A model generated the notes under the pieces. That model saw nothing but the letters and a program-made list of their open reading frames with translations, was not told where the DNA came from and made no database searches. Shown piece by piece: positions 21,834 through 33,356 of a stretch of DNA of 64,000 nucleotides (position 1 is its first letter; each line of letters opens with the position of its first letter). This DNA comes from Planktothrix sp. GU0601_MAG3 (GTDB lineage Bacteria; Cyanobacteriota; Cyanobacteriia; Cyanobacteriales; Microcoleaceae). Location: positions 3,828,578 through 3,892,577 of the forward strand of contig CP136572.1 of NCBI GenBank assembly GCA_035193785.1. The letters are read 5' to 3'. The translations under genes were made by a program, and so were the position numbers.

Positions 21834-24380
21834 TTACAAATGCAAAGGATCAATATCAATTGTAATATAAACAGAACCGGAATTAAAATCAGAAAATTTA
21901 GGCAAAATCATAGAAGAATCTTGAGCAGTTTTAATTAAAATTTGCCAGCGATAACGGTTAGCAACTCGAAGAATCGGAGCCGGAGCAGGGCCCAATAATT
22001 CAAAATCGGAATCAAGATTATTTTCTAATAAAAACTCTGCTAATCTTTGGGCAGTTTGTTCAACATCTTGCTGATTAAAACTACTCAAACGGAACAAGAT
22101 TAAACGACCATAGGGCGGATAATTTAACTCCTGTCGCTGTTGTAATTCCGTAGCAACAAAAGACTCATAATCATGGCGTTGTACCGCTTGAATTACCGGA
22201 TTTTCGGGGGTGTAGGTTTGTAAAATTACTCGCCCTGGATCATTCCCCCGTCCCGCCCGTCCCGCCACTTGAACTAAGGTTTGAAAAGCCCGTTCACTAG
22301 CGCGATAATCTGATAAATGTAATAACCCATCTGCGGACACAATTCCTACCAAACTAACGGACTCTAAATCTAATCCTTTAGTTAACATTTGGGTTTCCCA
22401 CTAATAGATCCGCTTCTCCATTGGCAAACTGAGTTAATAGGGTGCGATGGGCATTTTTTCGGGAGGTAGTATCACTATCAAACCGAATACATTTTAACTC
22501 GGGAAATAACCGATTTAATTCTTCTGTAACCCGTTGGGTTCCACTGCCAAAATGTTTAAAATAAGGAGAATCACAATCGGGACAATGTTGGGGATAGAGT
22601 TGGCTATAATTACAATAATGACATCTCAAAAGTTGGGCGGCATTTTGATGTTCGTGATGATAGGCTAAGGACACATCACAATGGGGACATTCCATCACAT
22701 AACCGCAACTACGACAGGAAACAAAGGTACTATGTCCCCGACGATGAATAAATAATATCCCCTGTTGACGGGTTTCTTTTAATCGATGTAGGGCGGTTTG
22801 TAAATCATAACTAAAAATAGAGCGATTTCCTTGACGCAATTCTTGACGCAGATCAACTATTTTTATCGGTGGCATTGGTCGCGCTTGAATACGTTCGGGA
22901 AGGGATAAATAAAACCGATTTTGTTGAGTTTTGTGTTTAATTTCTAACCAACTTTCTAAGGAGGGAGTTGCCGATCCTAATATTAAGGGACAGTTTTCTA
23001 ATTCTGCCCGCCATTGGGCAACTTTTCGGGCATGATAACAGGGAGAGGGTTGATCTTGTTTGAAACTACTATCATGTTCTTCATCTAAAATAATTAATCC
23101 TAATTTCGGTAAAGGTGCGAAAATAGCCGAACGAGTTTCCGATAATAATTTGGGGTAAACCTAAAGTCATATTCCGCCAAGTATCATAACGTTCCCCATC
23201 GGAAAGAGCGCTATGATAAACAAAGACTTGTTCGCCAAAACGGGCGCGAAATCGGTCAGTTAATTGGGGAGTTAAGCCAATTTCAGGAACTAAGACTAAG
23301 GCGGATTTTCCGATGTTTAGAATGGGGGCGATCGCCTGTAAATAAACTTCGGTTTTTCCCGAACCCGTAACTCCATGTAATAATAATTGAGCATAAGTGG
23401 ATAAACTGTTAATTGCTTGTAAAGATTCTGTTTGATATTGATTTAATATTTTCGGCTGATCGGAAGTTTGAAAAATTCCTTGATTCTGTCTTAAAACTTC
23501 CCTTTCAGTAATTACAATACAGCCTTTTTCGGCTAAATTTTTTAACAGACTAGAACTGGTACTACAAATTTTTATTAAATCATTAAACCACAGTTCTCCC
23601 CCTTGTTGCTTGAGAACTTTAATCACCAGAATTAAAACTTCCTGTTGACGGGTAGTTAAATCTAAAGGGATAATATCATCAACTAATGTCACCGCTTGTT
23701 TTAATTTGGGACGGGGAGGACTGGGGGGTTTCTAAATAACTTTCGATCCAGTTTCTTTGTAATAAATCTTTTAATCCCCGTTGGGAATTAATCACATTTT
23801 GTTTTAAATATTTCCAAGTAAAATCTCCGGTAGCTGAAGATTGCAATAGATTTAAAATAGCAGCCGCCGCCGGATTTAAAAATAATTGAGCATCCTTTGG
23901 GAGTGTTTCAGAAATTAAACGAATCCGACGTTGACTTTTTCCTAATAACCCTGGGGGTAAAGCAGTCCGAATAACTTGAATTAACGGAGTTTGATAATAA
24001 TTAGAAACCTGTTGTAAGAGTTGCCAATAATTGGCGGGAAAAAAGCCACTACAAATAATATCTTCAACGGCTTTAACTTTATTTTCAGGTAAATCGAGAG
24101 GCAATTGATCCATCAACCGGATCACAATTCCACCTAATTGTTGATTTCCAAAAGGAACACTAACAATATCTCCTGGTTTAATGATTAAATCTTGAGGAAC
24201 CCGATAAGTAAATAGTTTTTGTTCCTCTTTTTCCTCCGAATTAAAACCATAGGGAACATCTACTAATACTTCAATAAATCCCCCTGAACCCAAAGTAGAA
24301 TTACCTGAATCATCCTGATAGTAAGATGCACCAGATTCAGCAACAATAAACTTAGATTGATCGCAAGTCAAAGAAGACAT
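21834..24380 (-). CDS. priA: Primosomal protein N' (several frameshifts)
   Basis: HGVTGSGKTEVY, LVPEIGLTPQ, CRSCG..CPHCD..CHYC..CPDC, QVAGRAGR. Confidence 0.96.
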
Positions 24381-24468
24381 CAGCAGTTTTTGTTGAGTGT
24401 TAATTCCGAGAAGGGTGGCGGATAACGGAGCAGAAAAACCGAACACCGACACCACTTAGATTAAGTAT

Positions 24469-25627
24469 TTAAGTATTATCTAATAAATCGACAATTGCTT
24501 GTCGTTCAGAAGATTTATTATTAAAAACTTGACGGGTATCCGTAATTAACCAATCAAGTGCCGCCGCTTGCACATCAATGGAAGCCCCCAGCTTATCCAC
24601 ACAATAGCGCCCAAATACCAATTTATCCACTAAACGCACCCCCTGCCCCAAACGGGAATATTCAAAAATCACGCTATTATCCACATAGGCATCGCTGCAA
24701 ACCCAGCAATTTGGGCCAATCATTGTCGGGCCAATAATCGTCGCTCCGTCCTCAATTCGAGTCATTCCACCAATATAAACCGGGCCTTGGATATTAACTT
24801 TATCCCAATTCACCGCCACATTCAGCCCCGTATATATCCCCGGACGCACCTGTTTACCGGGAATAGAAACATTTTTAATATATCCTAACAGCACACTGCG
24901 AATGGCTTGCCAATAGTCGGGGACTTTCCCAATATCCACCCATTCAAAATCCATAGAAATCCCATAAAAAGGAGCATCAATTTCTACTAAATGGGGGAAT
25001 AATTCACTCCCAATATCATACTCACAGCCCGAAGGAATATATTTAAAAATCTCTGGCTCAAAAATATAAATTCCCGTATTAATATCAGTGCTGAGGGCTT
25101 CATTTACCGGGGGTTTTTCTTGGAAAGCTTTAATTCGACCTGTTTCATCCGTGACCACAACCCCATAACTAGAAACTTCATTTTTAGGAACAGATTTCAT
25201 CACAATAGTGGCAATGGCTCCCTTTTCTTTATGCCATTTTACCGCCGCGCTTAAATCCAAATCAATTAACGCATCGCCACATAAAACCACAAAAGTATCA
25301 TCGAAAAAGGGATTAAAATCTTGAATTCGTCTCATCCCTCCCGCCGAAACCTAATGCTTCTCCAATTAAATTGCCGTCTTCAATTCGTCCCTCAAAAGAA
25401 TAGGCGATATGAACGCCGAACTTCTGACCATCACGAAAATAGTTTTCAATTTCATCAGCTAAATGACTGACATTGACCATAATTTGGTCGAAACCGTGCG
25501 TCCGTAGTAATTCTACCAAAAATTCCATCACTGGTTTTTGCAGAATCGGAATTAAAGGTTTAGGAATCGTATAAGTAATTGGACGGATACGAGTTCCTTT
25601 TCCGGCTGCTAAAATCATGGCTTTCAT
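24469..25627 (-). CDS. cugP: NDP-sugar synthase, cyanobacterial UDP-glucose pyrophosphorylase type (frameshifted)
   Basis: MKAMILAAGKGTRIRPIT..PKP, VVLCGDALIDLDL, WVDIGKVPDY, hexapeptide C-terminus. Confidence 0.8.
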
Positions 25628-25844
25628 GTTCACTTCCTCACAACCCTAGGCTATGTTTAAAATTATTCAATCAGACGCAACTCATTGACCAAAATCAGCA
25701 ATTGTTTTGTATTAACGAAGCAGTTGCACAGCAGAACTGCTCCATTCTACAATCTGAGTTTCGAGTCTGCTAGTCAATTAATAGCCTATCAAGGTTCATG
25801 GTGCTTAATCCGTAGAATCCCATAAAAGTTCAAATTACTTGATT

Positions 25845-26739
25845 TCAAGACTTAGCGGGCGGCTCTGTTAAAGAACGAACCTTTAGATCTTGGTAGAATT
25901 CCTCTTGAGCAAGTTCCACTTTAGATTGGGCTGATAATAATAATAGGGCCCAAAACACCCCCACCCGATCATGATTGGGGCCATGCTGAACGGGGATTTC
26001 TTCCGGGGGCGGAGGCTGTTCCGGTTGCTTCATCTCCAACCACAGACTCAATAACTGCTCCAAATCAAACCATTCTGGACTCTGTTGTGCTCCTTGGTTT
26101 AAGAGTCGTTCAACTTCCGAGGCCATTTCGACTAAATTTTCTTGGTGGGCTAATTCAGCGATCGCCTTTGCGGTAGTGGCCCTGCTTTTAGCCGTATTCG
26201 CCCGGGGACGGGGACGGGCTTTTTGGGCGGCAATGGTAGCAGCCATCAGTTGCAACTGTTCAATCAGTTTCTTGCAAGGTCACTTGCCGTTTTTGAGGAA
26301 TTTTGGCAACAGCCCGCCGCCGGATTTGTTTTTCCAGTTGCTGGGGACGTTGCATCCCATTTCCCTCATCTTCCGGGTCGAGGAATTCTTCCCCCTCGAC
26401 TAAGCCCGCATTGGGGTCAAGGGTTTCCGTCGCCATTAAACTGTCAGCCTTGAGCAAGACTAACATGGAGGCATACAAAAACGCCTGACCCGACTGGGAC
26501 AACTCGGCAAAATTGTTGCTGGAGCTTGATTCCTCTGGGGGGGTCAGTTTACTTAAATAACGATCAATGACATCAATTACCTGCACATCCCAAGGATCAA
26601 TTTCCCCCCGTTGTGCCAGGTCAATTAAGAGCGCAATCCCCTCTGAGAGAGCCGTTAACGCATCTTGGGGGGTGGCAAGGGGTGGGGGAATGGGTTCGAT
26701 GGGTTTAGGGCTATAAATTGCGGAATCGCCTGAAATCAC
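25845..26739 (-). CDS. scpA: Segregation/condensation protein A (frameshifted)
   Basis: GEIDPWDVQVI, SGQAFLYASMLVLLKAD, DRVGVFWALLLL. Confidence 0.88.
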
Positions 26740-26800
26740 TGAAGGTTCAAAACTCAGTAGTTCGCTGCATATCTAAACTATTGTAGACCAAAACCTTGAT

Positions 26801-26825
26801 TAATTACGAATTACGAATTACGAAT
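26801..26825 (+). repeat. Heptamer tandem repeat (AATTACG)x3
   Basis: Read directly from the sequence. Confidence 0.8.
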
Positions 26826-26855
26826 GGGTAATGGATTTATTTGGTTGCGGTCTCC

Positions 26856-27038
26856 TCAACTGAAAATCCAAGCTAGGAATGCACCCAATCCAAGGGCGAT
26901 AATTAATTCAATAGAAAGGGGGGCTTGTATTGCTATTCCTTCGATTAGTTTAACCGTGGCTAGATCGGTATTTTGTAAACTAAATAATACTAATCATAAA
27001 CATATAATAAAAACAAACAAAAAGTTTAACGCACGCAT
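26856..27038 (-). pseudogene. LapA/DUF1049-like membrane protein pseudogene
   Basis: MRALNFLFVFIICL*LVLFSLQNT...APLSIELIIALGLGAFLAWIFS*; in-frame TGA at 26994-26996. Confidence 0.7.
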
Positions 27039-27073
27039 TTTGATTTTCTCCTGTCGGGGGATATTGAGAGAGA

Positions 27074-27103
27074 GTAGAGAGACGCGCCGTGGCACGTCTC
27101 TAC
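27074..27103. repeat. Palindromic dispersed repeat; exact inverted copy at 30525-30554
   Basis: GTAGAGAGACGCGCCGTGGCACGTCTCTAC. Confidence 0.85.
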
Positions 27104-27155
27104 GGGGGGGGGGAGCTATGTTGATTTTATTGTTTTTTGCGACTTGGTAATTGGG

Positions 27156-27953
27156 TTAAGCACCAGTGGGAATTGGGGATTTTCCAGCTTTAAATTTGGG
27201 GATAAAAGTATATTTGAGATAAATTCCTAAAGCCGTGATTAGGATAATTATAACTGTTCCAATCCCAATCGGACTGGGAACCCAAAAAATCGCTTCTAAT
27301 TGATTAATTTCTCCGGGTTTAAGTGTCCAGATCACCTGTTTTCCCTCCAGATCAACATTGAATAATAGAGGTGCTTCCGATCCTTCAGGAATACCGATTG
27401 GATTAATCACAGTCGCACCCCAGGGAGTGGTTAAGGCAAATTCTAATTCTAATATTTTCCCCGAACTAATCAGCACATTTTCCGAAGTGGAGAGTAGGGA
27501 AAGCGATCGCAAATCTAATTCCAAGTTAAGATGATTGCGTAGGGCAAAAAACCAATTATTTTGTTTAAGGTTTAAATTTGCAGAAAATTGGGGAAGTTCG
27601 ATATCGGATTTTTTCTGGGATTTTTTATTGTTGAATTCAGCAGGATTAAAAAATTGATTAAATTTTGTCTCTAAATCCTTACCATTATTAAAAGGAATAG
27701 TAACTAATATTTCCTGTTCAGACAGTCGTTTGGTTTTTCCTCTTAACTGTTTAACCCGTCCTTCTAAACTAGATATCCATTCATCCACTACATCATGACT
27801 AAAGCTAGTTAATTGTTCTCCTAACTGAATCTTTTGAACAATTTGACCATGGGTTTGATCCTGAAATGTCACTCCCACATCATATTTAACACAGCCACTC
27901 AACAGAAAAATGGCAGAAAAAACAATACTGAGTTGTTTGATAATTTTGATCAT
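27156..27953 (-). CDS. DUF3153-like lipoprotein
   Basis: Lipobox LLSGC, LDLRSL, WVPSPIGIG, C-terminal TM helix. Confidence 0.8.
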   Translation of the reverse strand: MIKIIKQLSIVFSAIFLLSGCVKYDVGVTFQDQTHGQIVQKIQLGEQLTSFSHDVVDEWISSLEGRVKQLRGKTKRLSEQEILVTIPFNNGKDLETKFNQFFNPAEFNNKKSQKKSDIELPQFSANLNLKQNNWFFALRNHLNLELDLRSLSLLSTSENVLISSGKILELEFALTTPWGATVINPIGIPEGSEAPLLFNVDLEGKQVIWTLKPGEINQLEAIFWVPSPIGIGTVIIILITALGIYLKYTFIPKFKAGKSPIPTGA

Positions 27954-28256
27954 GATTTTGTTCCTAGCCGTTAAAATTCAATTCAGTCCATTCTCCCGGT
28001 GTAGAAGAATTATTAGTTAAAGTCCATAATTACATTCTACTCTTGACACTAATACCAATTATCTTTCTGCACTCACTTCCTCAAGCAGCGAGCACAAACC
28101 CCATCTAAACCTGGTTGTGATCCTCTACCCTGGCCATTAGTACGGAAATTGCCACCTGTGGGAGTGTGAGTAACCCCCTCTCAAAAGGTTAAAATGGGAG
28201 AGGATCTTTCCAATCCATGAAACTCAAACCCCTACTACCAAAAAAACAGAGAAACT

Positions 28257-28582
28257 ATGGGATTCTTTGATTCAGACATCGTTCAACAAGAAGCTAAACA
28301 GCTATTTGAAGATTATCAATCCATGGTCAAACTGGGCAGTGATTATGGCAAGTTTGATCGGGAGGGAAAAAAACTCTATATTGATCAAATGGAGGCGGTA
28401 ATGGATCGTTACCGGATTTTTATGAAGCGGTTTGAACTTTCCGAGGATTTCATGGCCCAGATGACCGTTGAACAGTTACGCACCCAACTTGGCCAATTTG
28501 GAATTACCCCTGACCAAATGTTTGAACAGATGCACCGTATACCCTAGAACGGATGAAGTCGGAATTAGAAAAACAGCCCTAA
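28257..28582 (+). CDS. DUF1825-family protein (C-terminal frameshift)
   Basis: MGFFDSDIVQQEAKQLFEDYQ...FDREGKK. Confidence 0.8.
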
Positions 28583-28699
28583 TCCCCTCTATTTCCCGGA
28601 AAAAATCGGTGTCCCTGGGTTTATTTTGTTAAAATACATAAAGTAGACCCTCGTTAGCTTAACGGGAGTCCCCCCTATTATGCCTGTGAATATCATTTT

Positions 28700-30515
28700 A
28701 TGACTAACGTTCCAGTTTCTCGAATTCGTAATTTTTCTATTATTGCTCATATTGATCACGGGAAATCCACCCTGGCGGATCGGCTTTTGGAAGCAACGGG
28801 CTCCGTTCAAAAACGGGAAATGAAGGAACAATTTCTCGACTCCATGGACTTAGAGCGAGAACGGGGAATTACAATTAAATTGCAAGCCGCCCGGATGGAC
28901 TACAAAGCCGATGACGGCGAAGAATATGTCTTAAATTTAATTGATACTCCGGGTCACGTTGACTTTTCCTATGAAGTATCTCGGTCTTTAGCGGCTTGTG
29001 AAGGGGCGTTATTAGTGGTGGATGCGTCTCAGGGAGTGGAAGCACAGACTTTAGCTAATGTTTATCTCGCCTTAGAAAATAACTTAGAAATTATTCCGGT
29101 TTTAAATAAAATTGATTTACCCGGAGCGGAGCCCGATCGGATTAAAAGTGAAATTGAAGAAATTATTGGGCTAGACTGTTCGGGGGCGGTGTTAGCTTCG
29201 GCGAAAGAGGGAGTGGGAGTTCATGAGATTTTAGAGTCTATTGTCCGTTTAGTTCCTCCTCCCCAGGATACGGTTGATCAGAAATTACGCGCGTTAATTT
29301 TTGATAGTTATTATGATAGTTATCGTGGGGTAGTTGTTTATTTTCGGGTGATGGATGGCAGGCTAAAAAGAGGCGATCTCGTCCGATTAATGGCATCAGA
29401 AAAAGAATACGAAATCGACGAAATTGGCGTATTATCTCCGACTCAAGTTCCCGTTGATGAACTCCACGCCGGGGAAGTGGGCTATTTTTCGGCGGCGATT
29501 AGAGCCGTTGAAGATGCCCGGGTTGGGGATACAATTACTTTAGCTAATAGCCCGGCAGAAAAAGCCCTTCCTGGGTATACAGAAGCAAAACCGATGGTGT
29601 TTTGTGGGTTATTTCCCACGGATTCCGATCAATATCCTAACCTAAGAGAAGCCTTAGAAAAACTCAAATTAAATGACGCGGCGTTATCTTATGAACCGGA
29701 AACTTCTAGTGCGATGGGGTTTGGTTTCCGATGTGGATTTTTAGGGTTACTGCACATGGAAATTGTGCAAGAACGTTTAGAACGGGAATATAATTTAGAT
29801 TTAATTGCGACGTCTCCGTCTGTGGTTTATCAAGTTACAACTCAAAAAGGGGAAGTGATGATGATCGATAACCCCAGTCGTTTACCTGAACCCAACCATC
29901 GGGAAAAAATCGAGGAAACCCTATGTGCGGGTAGAAATGATTACTCCTGAAGCCTATGTAGGGAGTTTAATGGAGTTAGCTCAGGGTCGTCGGGGTGAAT
30001 TTAAGGATATGCGATATTTAGCCCGGGGACGGACAACCTTAGTTTATGAAGTGCCCTTAGCGGAAGTAGTAACGGACTTTTTTGATCAGATGAAATCCCG
30101 TTCCCGTGGTTATGCGAGTATGGAATATCATATTATTGGATATCGAGAAAATACCTTGGTTAAACTCGATATTATGATCAATAAAGATCCGATCGATTCT
30201 TTAGCGATGATTGTTCATCGAGATAAAGCCTATAATGTTGGACGGGCAATGGTGGAAAAACTCAAAGAATTGATTCCCCGCCATCAATTTAAAGTTCCCA
30301 TTCAAGCCACTATTGGCTCTAAAGTTATTGCCAGTGAAAGTATTCCGGCGTTAAGAAAAGATGTTTTAGCCAAATGTTATGGGGGAGATATTAGTCGGAA
30401 GAAAAAACTCTTACAGAAGCAAGCCAAAGGTAAAAAACGGATGAAATCCTTGGGTTCTGTGGATGTTCCCCAGGAGGCATTTATGGCGGTTTTACGGTTA
30501 AACCAAGAATCCTAA
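28700..30515 (+). CDS. lepA: Elongation factor 4 (frameshifted near 29920)
   Basis: [48 protein letters not shown]. Confidence 0.97.
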
Positions 30516-30524
30516 ATTATTATT

Positions 30525-30604
30525 GTAGAGACGTGCCACGGCGCGTCTCTCTACCCTCTCTCTACCCTCTTTGTATACTCTCTCTACCCTCTTTGTATAC
30601 TCTC
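30525..30604. repeat. Palindromic repeat followed by CTCTCTACC-type tandem duplications
   Basis: Read directly from the sequence, downstream of lepA. Confidence 0.75.
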
Positions 30605-30638
30605 CAAGCCGATCAATTATAGAAATACTTAAAACTCT

Positions 30639-30863
30639 ATGTCATATAAAGTTAGTGTGATTATTGAAAAAGACGATTGTGGTTATTATGCCTATGCTCC
30701 TGAACTTCCTGGTTGTCAATCTCAGGGTGATTCATTTGATGAGATTAAAGTAAATATCCAAGAAGCAATTGAATTATATTTAGAGACATTATCAGAGTCA
30801 GAAAAAAGAAGTTTATTAAGCCAAGAAATTATGATGATGACGATGGAGGTATCGGCTGCCTAA
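30639..30863 (+). CDS. hicB: HicB-family antitoxin
   Basis: YYAYAPELPGCQSQGDSFDEIKVNIQEAIELYLE. Confidence 0.9.
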   Translation: MSYKVSVIIEKDDCGYYAYAPELPGCQSQGDSFDEIKVNIQEAIELYLETLSESEKRSLLSQEIMMMTMEVSAA

Positions 30864-31059
30864 GTTACCCCGCCTTACGGCTAAAGAAGCTGAAAAACTT
30901 TTACTAGCCGCGGGTTTTATAGAATTTAGGAGCAAAGGCAGCCATCGGGTATATTTTAAAGATCATATCAGAGTAGTTATTCCTTTTCACTCTGGGAAAA
31001 TTTTACATCCCAAAATTATTCAGCAAGTCCAACAGGCGAGCAACCCAAAATTTGAATAA
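30856..31059 (+). CDS. hicA: HicA-family toxin with a probable CTG start
   Basis: (M)PKLPRLTAKEAEKLL...RSKGSHRVY...VIPFHSGKILHPK; GGAGG at 30845-30849. Confidence 0.85.
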   Translation: MPKLPRLTAKEAEKLLLAAGFIEFRSKGSHRVYFKDHIRVVIPFHSGKILHPKIIQQVQQASNPKFE

Positions 31060-31068
31060 AAAAATATT

Positions 31069-31158
31069 TATCCAAGTCGTGATATTTCACCAACACTGTT
31101 AAGAAAAATTGCCAGTGATATTAATTTAACGCTAGAAAAAATATTAAATATTCGCTAA
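31069..31158 (+). pseudogene. C-terminal remnant of a second HicA-like gene
   Basis: [29 protein letters not shown]. Confidence 0.55.
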
Positions 31159-31342
31159 AAATCTAAAATCGAGTAGGATAGATGTTGGAACGGACAGCAA
31201 CATATCAATGTTGTGGGGTATAGCTGGGGTGTGTCCAAAGCCAAGTCTTAACTTTAATCAACCGATAGTGGATTCAGCTTACCTACGATTGATTGTTGTC
31301 CATCCAAGTTTAACTCTCTACAATTTCCGAGTGAGTGTAAGC

Positions 31343-33272
31343 ATGAGAATTTTAGTTACAGGTGGCGCGGGTTTTCTAGGTTCACACCTCATTGATCGCT
31401 TAATGGAACAAGGCCATGAAGTGATTTGTTTGGATAACTTTTTTACGGGGACAAAACGAAATATCCTGAAATGGATCGGTAATCCCTATTTTGAACTGAT
31501 CCGCCATGATATTACCGAACCCATTCGGTTAGAAGCCGATCAAATCTACCATTTAGCCTGTCCCGCCTCTCCGGTTTCACTACCAATACAACCCGGTCAA
31601 AACCATCAAAACTAATGTATTGGGAACCATGAATATGTTGGGGTTGGCCAAACGGATCAAAGCCCGGTTTTTCCTCGCCTCCACCTCTGAAGTCTACGGT
31701 GATCCCGATGTTCACCCCCAAACGGAAGATTATCGAGGCAACGTTAACTGTATTGGCATTCGATCCTGTTACGATCCAGAAACGGAAATTTTAACTGAGC
31801 AAGGTTGGGTTCAGTTCCCTAACTTGCAACCGGGGGTTAAAGTTGCCACCCTCAACGAAAATCATCAAATTGAATATCACGTTCCCGATGAATATATTGT
31901 TCAACCCTATATCGGGGAAATGTTGCGGTTTGCTAACAGTAAATTTGATCTTTGCGTCACCCCCAACCACTGGATGTATGTTCGTGGTAAGACAGGGAAA
32001 TTAAAGTCAATTCAAGCGGGTGAAGACAAACACTGGCATTCCTGGCGAGTGGTCACGGGTGCAGAATTTGATACCCCAGATCAAGAAGAATTTGACTTAG
32101 ATCCGGCCCCCCGTCATGCGAAAGTGCGGGTTGAAAAAGTCAAAATGGATGACTGGCTAGAATTCCTGGGTTATTACATTTCCGAAGGTTGTGTTCATGT
32201 CCGGCGACGGGTACGGGCCGTGGGAGGTGCTGATTATGATGTGGCGGACTATAACATTTTAATTGCCCAAGAAAACCCGGAAGGACGGACAAAAATTGCC
32301 GACTGTCTCAAACGTTTACCTTGGAATTTTTTTGATTCCGATCACCATCAATTTCGGATTTGTAGCCAACAATTGGCGGATATTCTCTTACCTTTAGGTA
32401 AATCCGGTGATAAGTATATTCCCCGCGAATTTTTGCAATTGTCACGGCGTCAATCCTTAATTCTTTTCAACGCCTTAATTTTAGGAGATGGAAGTCAACG
32501 GGGTAATTGTTATACCTACTACAGCAAATCTAAACAATTAGCCGACGATGTACAGGAATTAGCGATGCGCTGTGGATATGCTGCTTCTGTAGTGTCCCAT
32601 GCCATCGGACGTGACCTGTATCGTGTGAATATCCGTCCCGCCATTGATGCCAATTTAGTTGAGCCAGAACGGTCTCACTATGTCGGGAAAGTGTATTGTG
32701 TGAATGTAAAAAACCATGTCATTTGTGTGCGTCGGAATGGACGGGCTGCCTTTTGTGGTAACTGTTACGACGAAGGAAAGCGGGTGGCGGAAACCTTAGC
32801 CTTTGACTATCACCGTCAAAATGGGGTAGATATTCGGGTGGTGCGGATTTTTAATACCTATGGCCCCCGAATGTTAGAAAATGATGGGCGTGTGGTCAGT
32901 AACTTTATTGTCCAAGCCCTGCAAGGAATCCCCTTAACGGTTTATGGAGATGGTTCCCAAACTCGGAGCTTCTGTTATGTGTCAGACTTGGTAGAGGGAT
33001 TCATCCGCTTGATGAATAGCGATCAAATTGGCCCTATCAATATCGGGAATCCGGGGGAATATACTATTTTGGAACTGGCCCAAAAAATTCAGAATATGAT
33101 TAACCCGGATGCGGAAATTCAATTCAAACCCCTACCAGCCGATGATCCTAAACAGCGACAACCCGATATTACCCGTGCTAAAACCTATCTGAATTGGGAA
33201 CCGACCATCCCTCTGGATCAAGGATTAGAATTGACAGTGAAAGATTTTCGGGAACGCATCTACAACAGTTGA
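31343..33272 (+). CDS. UDP-glucuronate decarboxylase (extended SDR) containing an intein; frameshift near 31575
   Basis: [28 protein letters not shown][intein][23 protein letters not shown]. Confidence 0.93.
31767..32762 (+). mobile_element. Intein (332 aa) with a LAGLIDADG-like endonuclease region
   Basis: Starts [14 protein letters not shown]; block [14 protein letters not shown] and LILGDG; ends [12 protein letters not shown] followed by Cys. Confidence 0.93.
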
Positions 33273-33356
33273 AAAGAATGAAATCCTTGTTAACGATCAA
33301 TCATTGAGCGTTAACAAGATTGTTAATTTTTCGGTCAAAAAATTGAGGATAGATTT

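Noticed and set aside
26824..27150. 108-aa plus-strand ORF
   Set aside because: Shadow of the minus-strand LapA-like pseudogene and repeats
6019..30515. Programmed frameshifting or mass pseudogenisation in rpsN, priA, lepA and others
   Set aside because: Too many unrelated conserved genes are affected, mostly at homopolymers; sequencing error is the simpler explanation
27074..30554. Composite transposon carrying lepA
   Set aside because: No transposase or target duplication, and the cargo is housekeeping genes
31208..31342. N-terminal extension of the UDP-glucuronate decarboxylase
   Set aside because: The family begins at [10 protein letters not shown] (31343); the upstream frame is probably UTR
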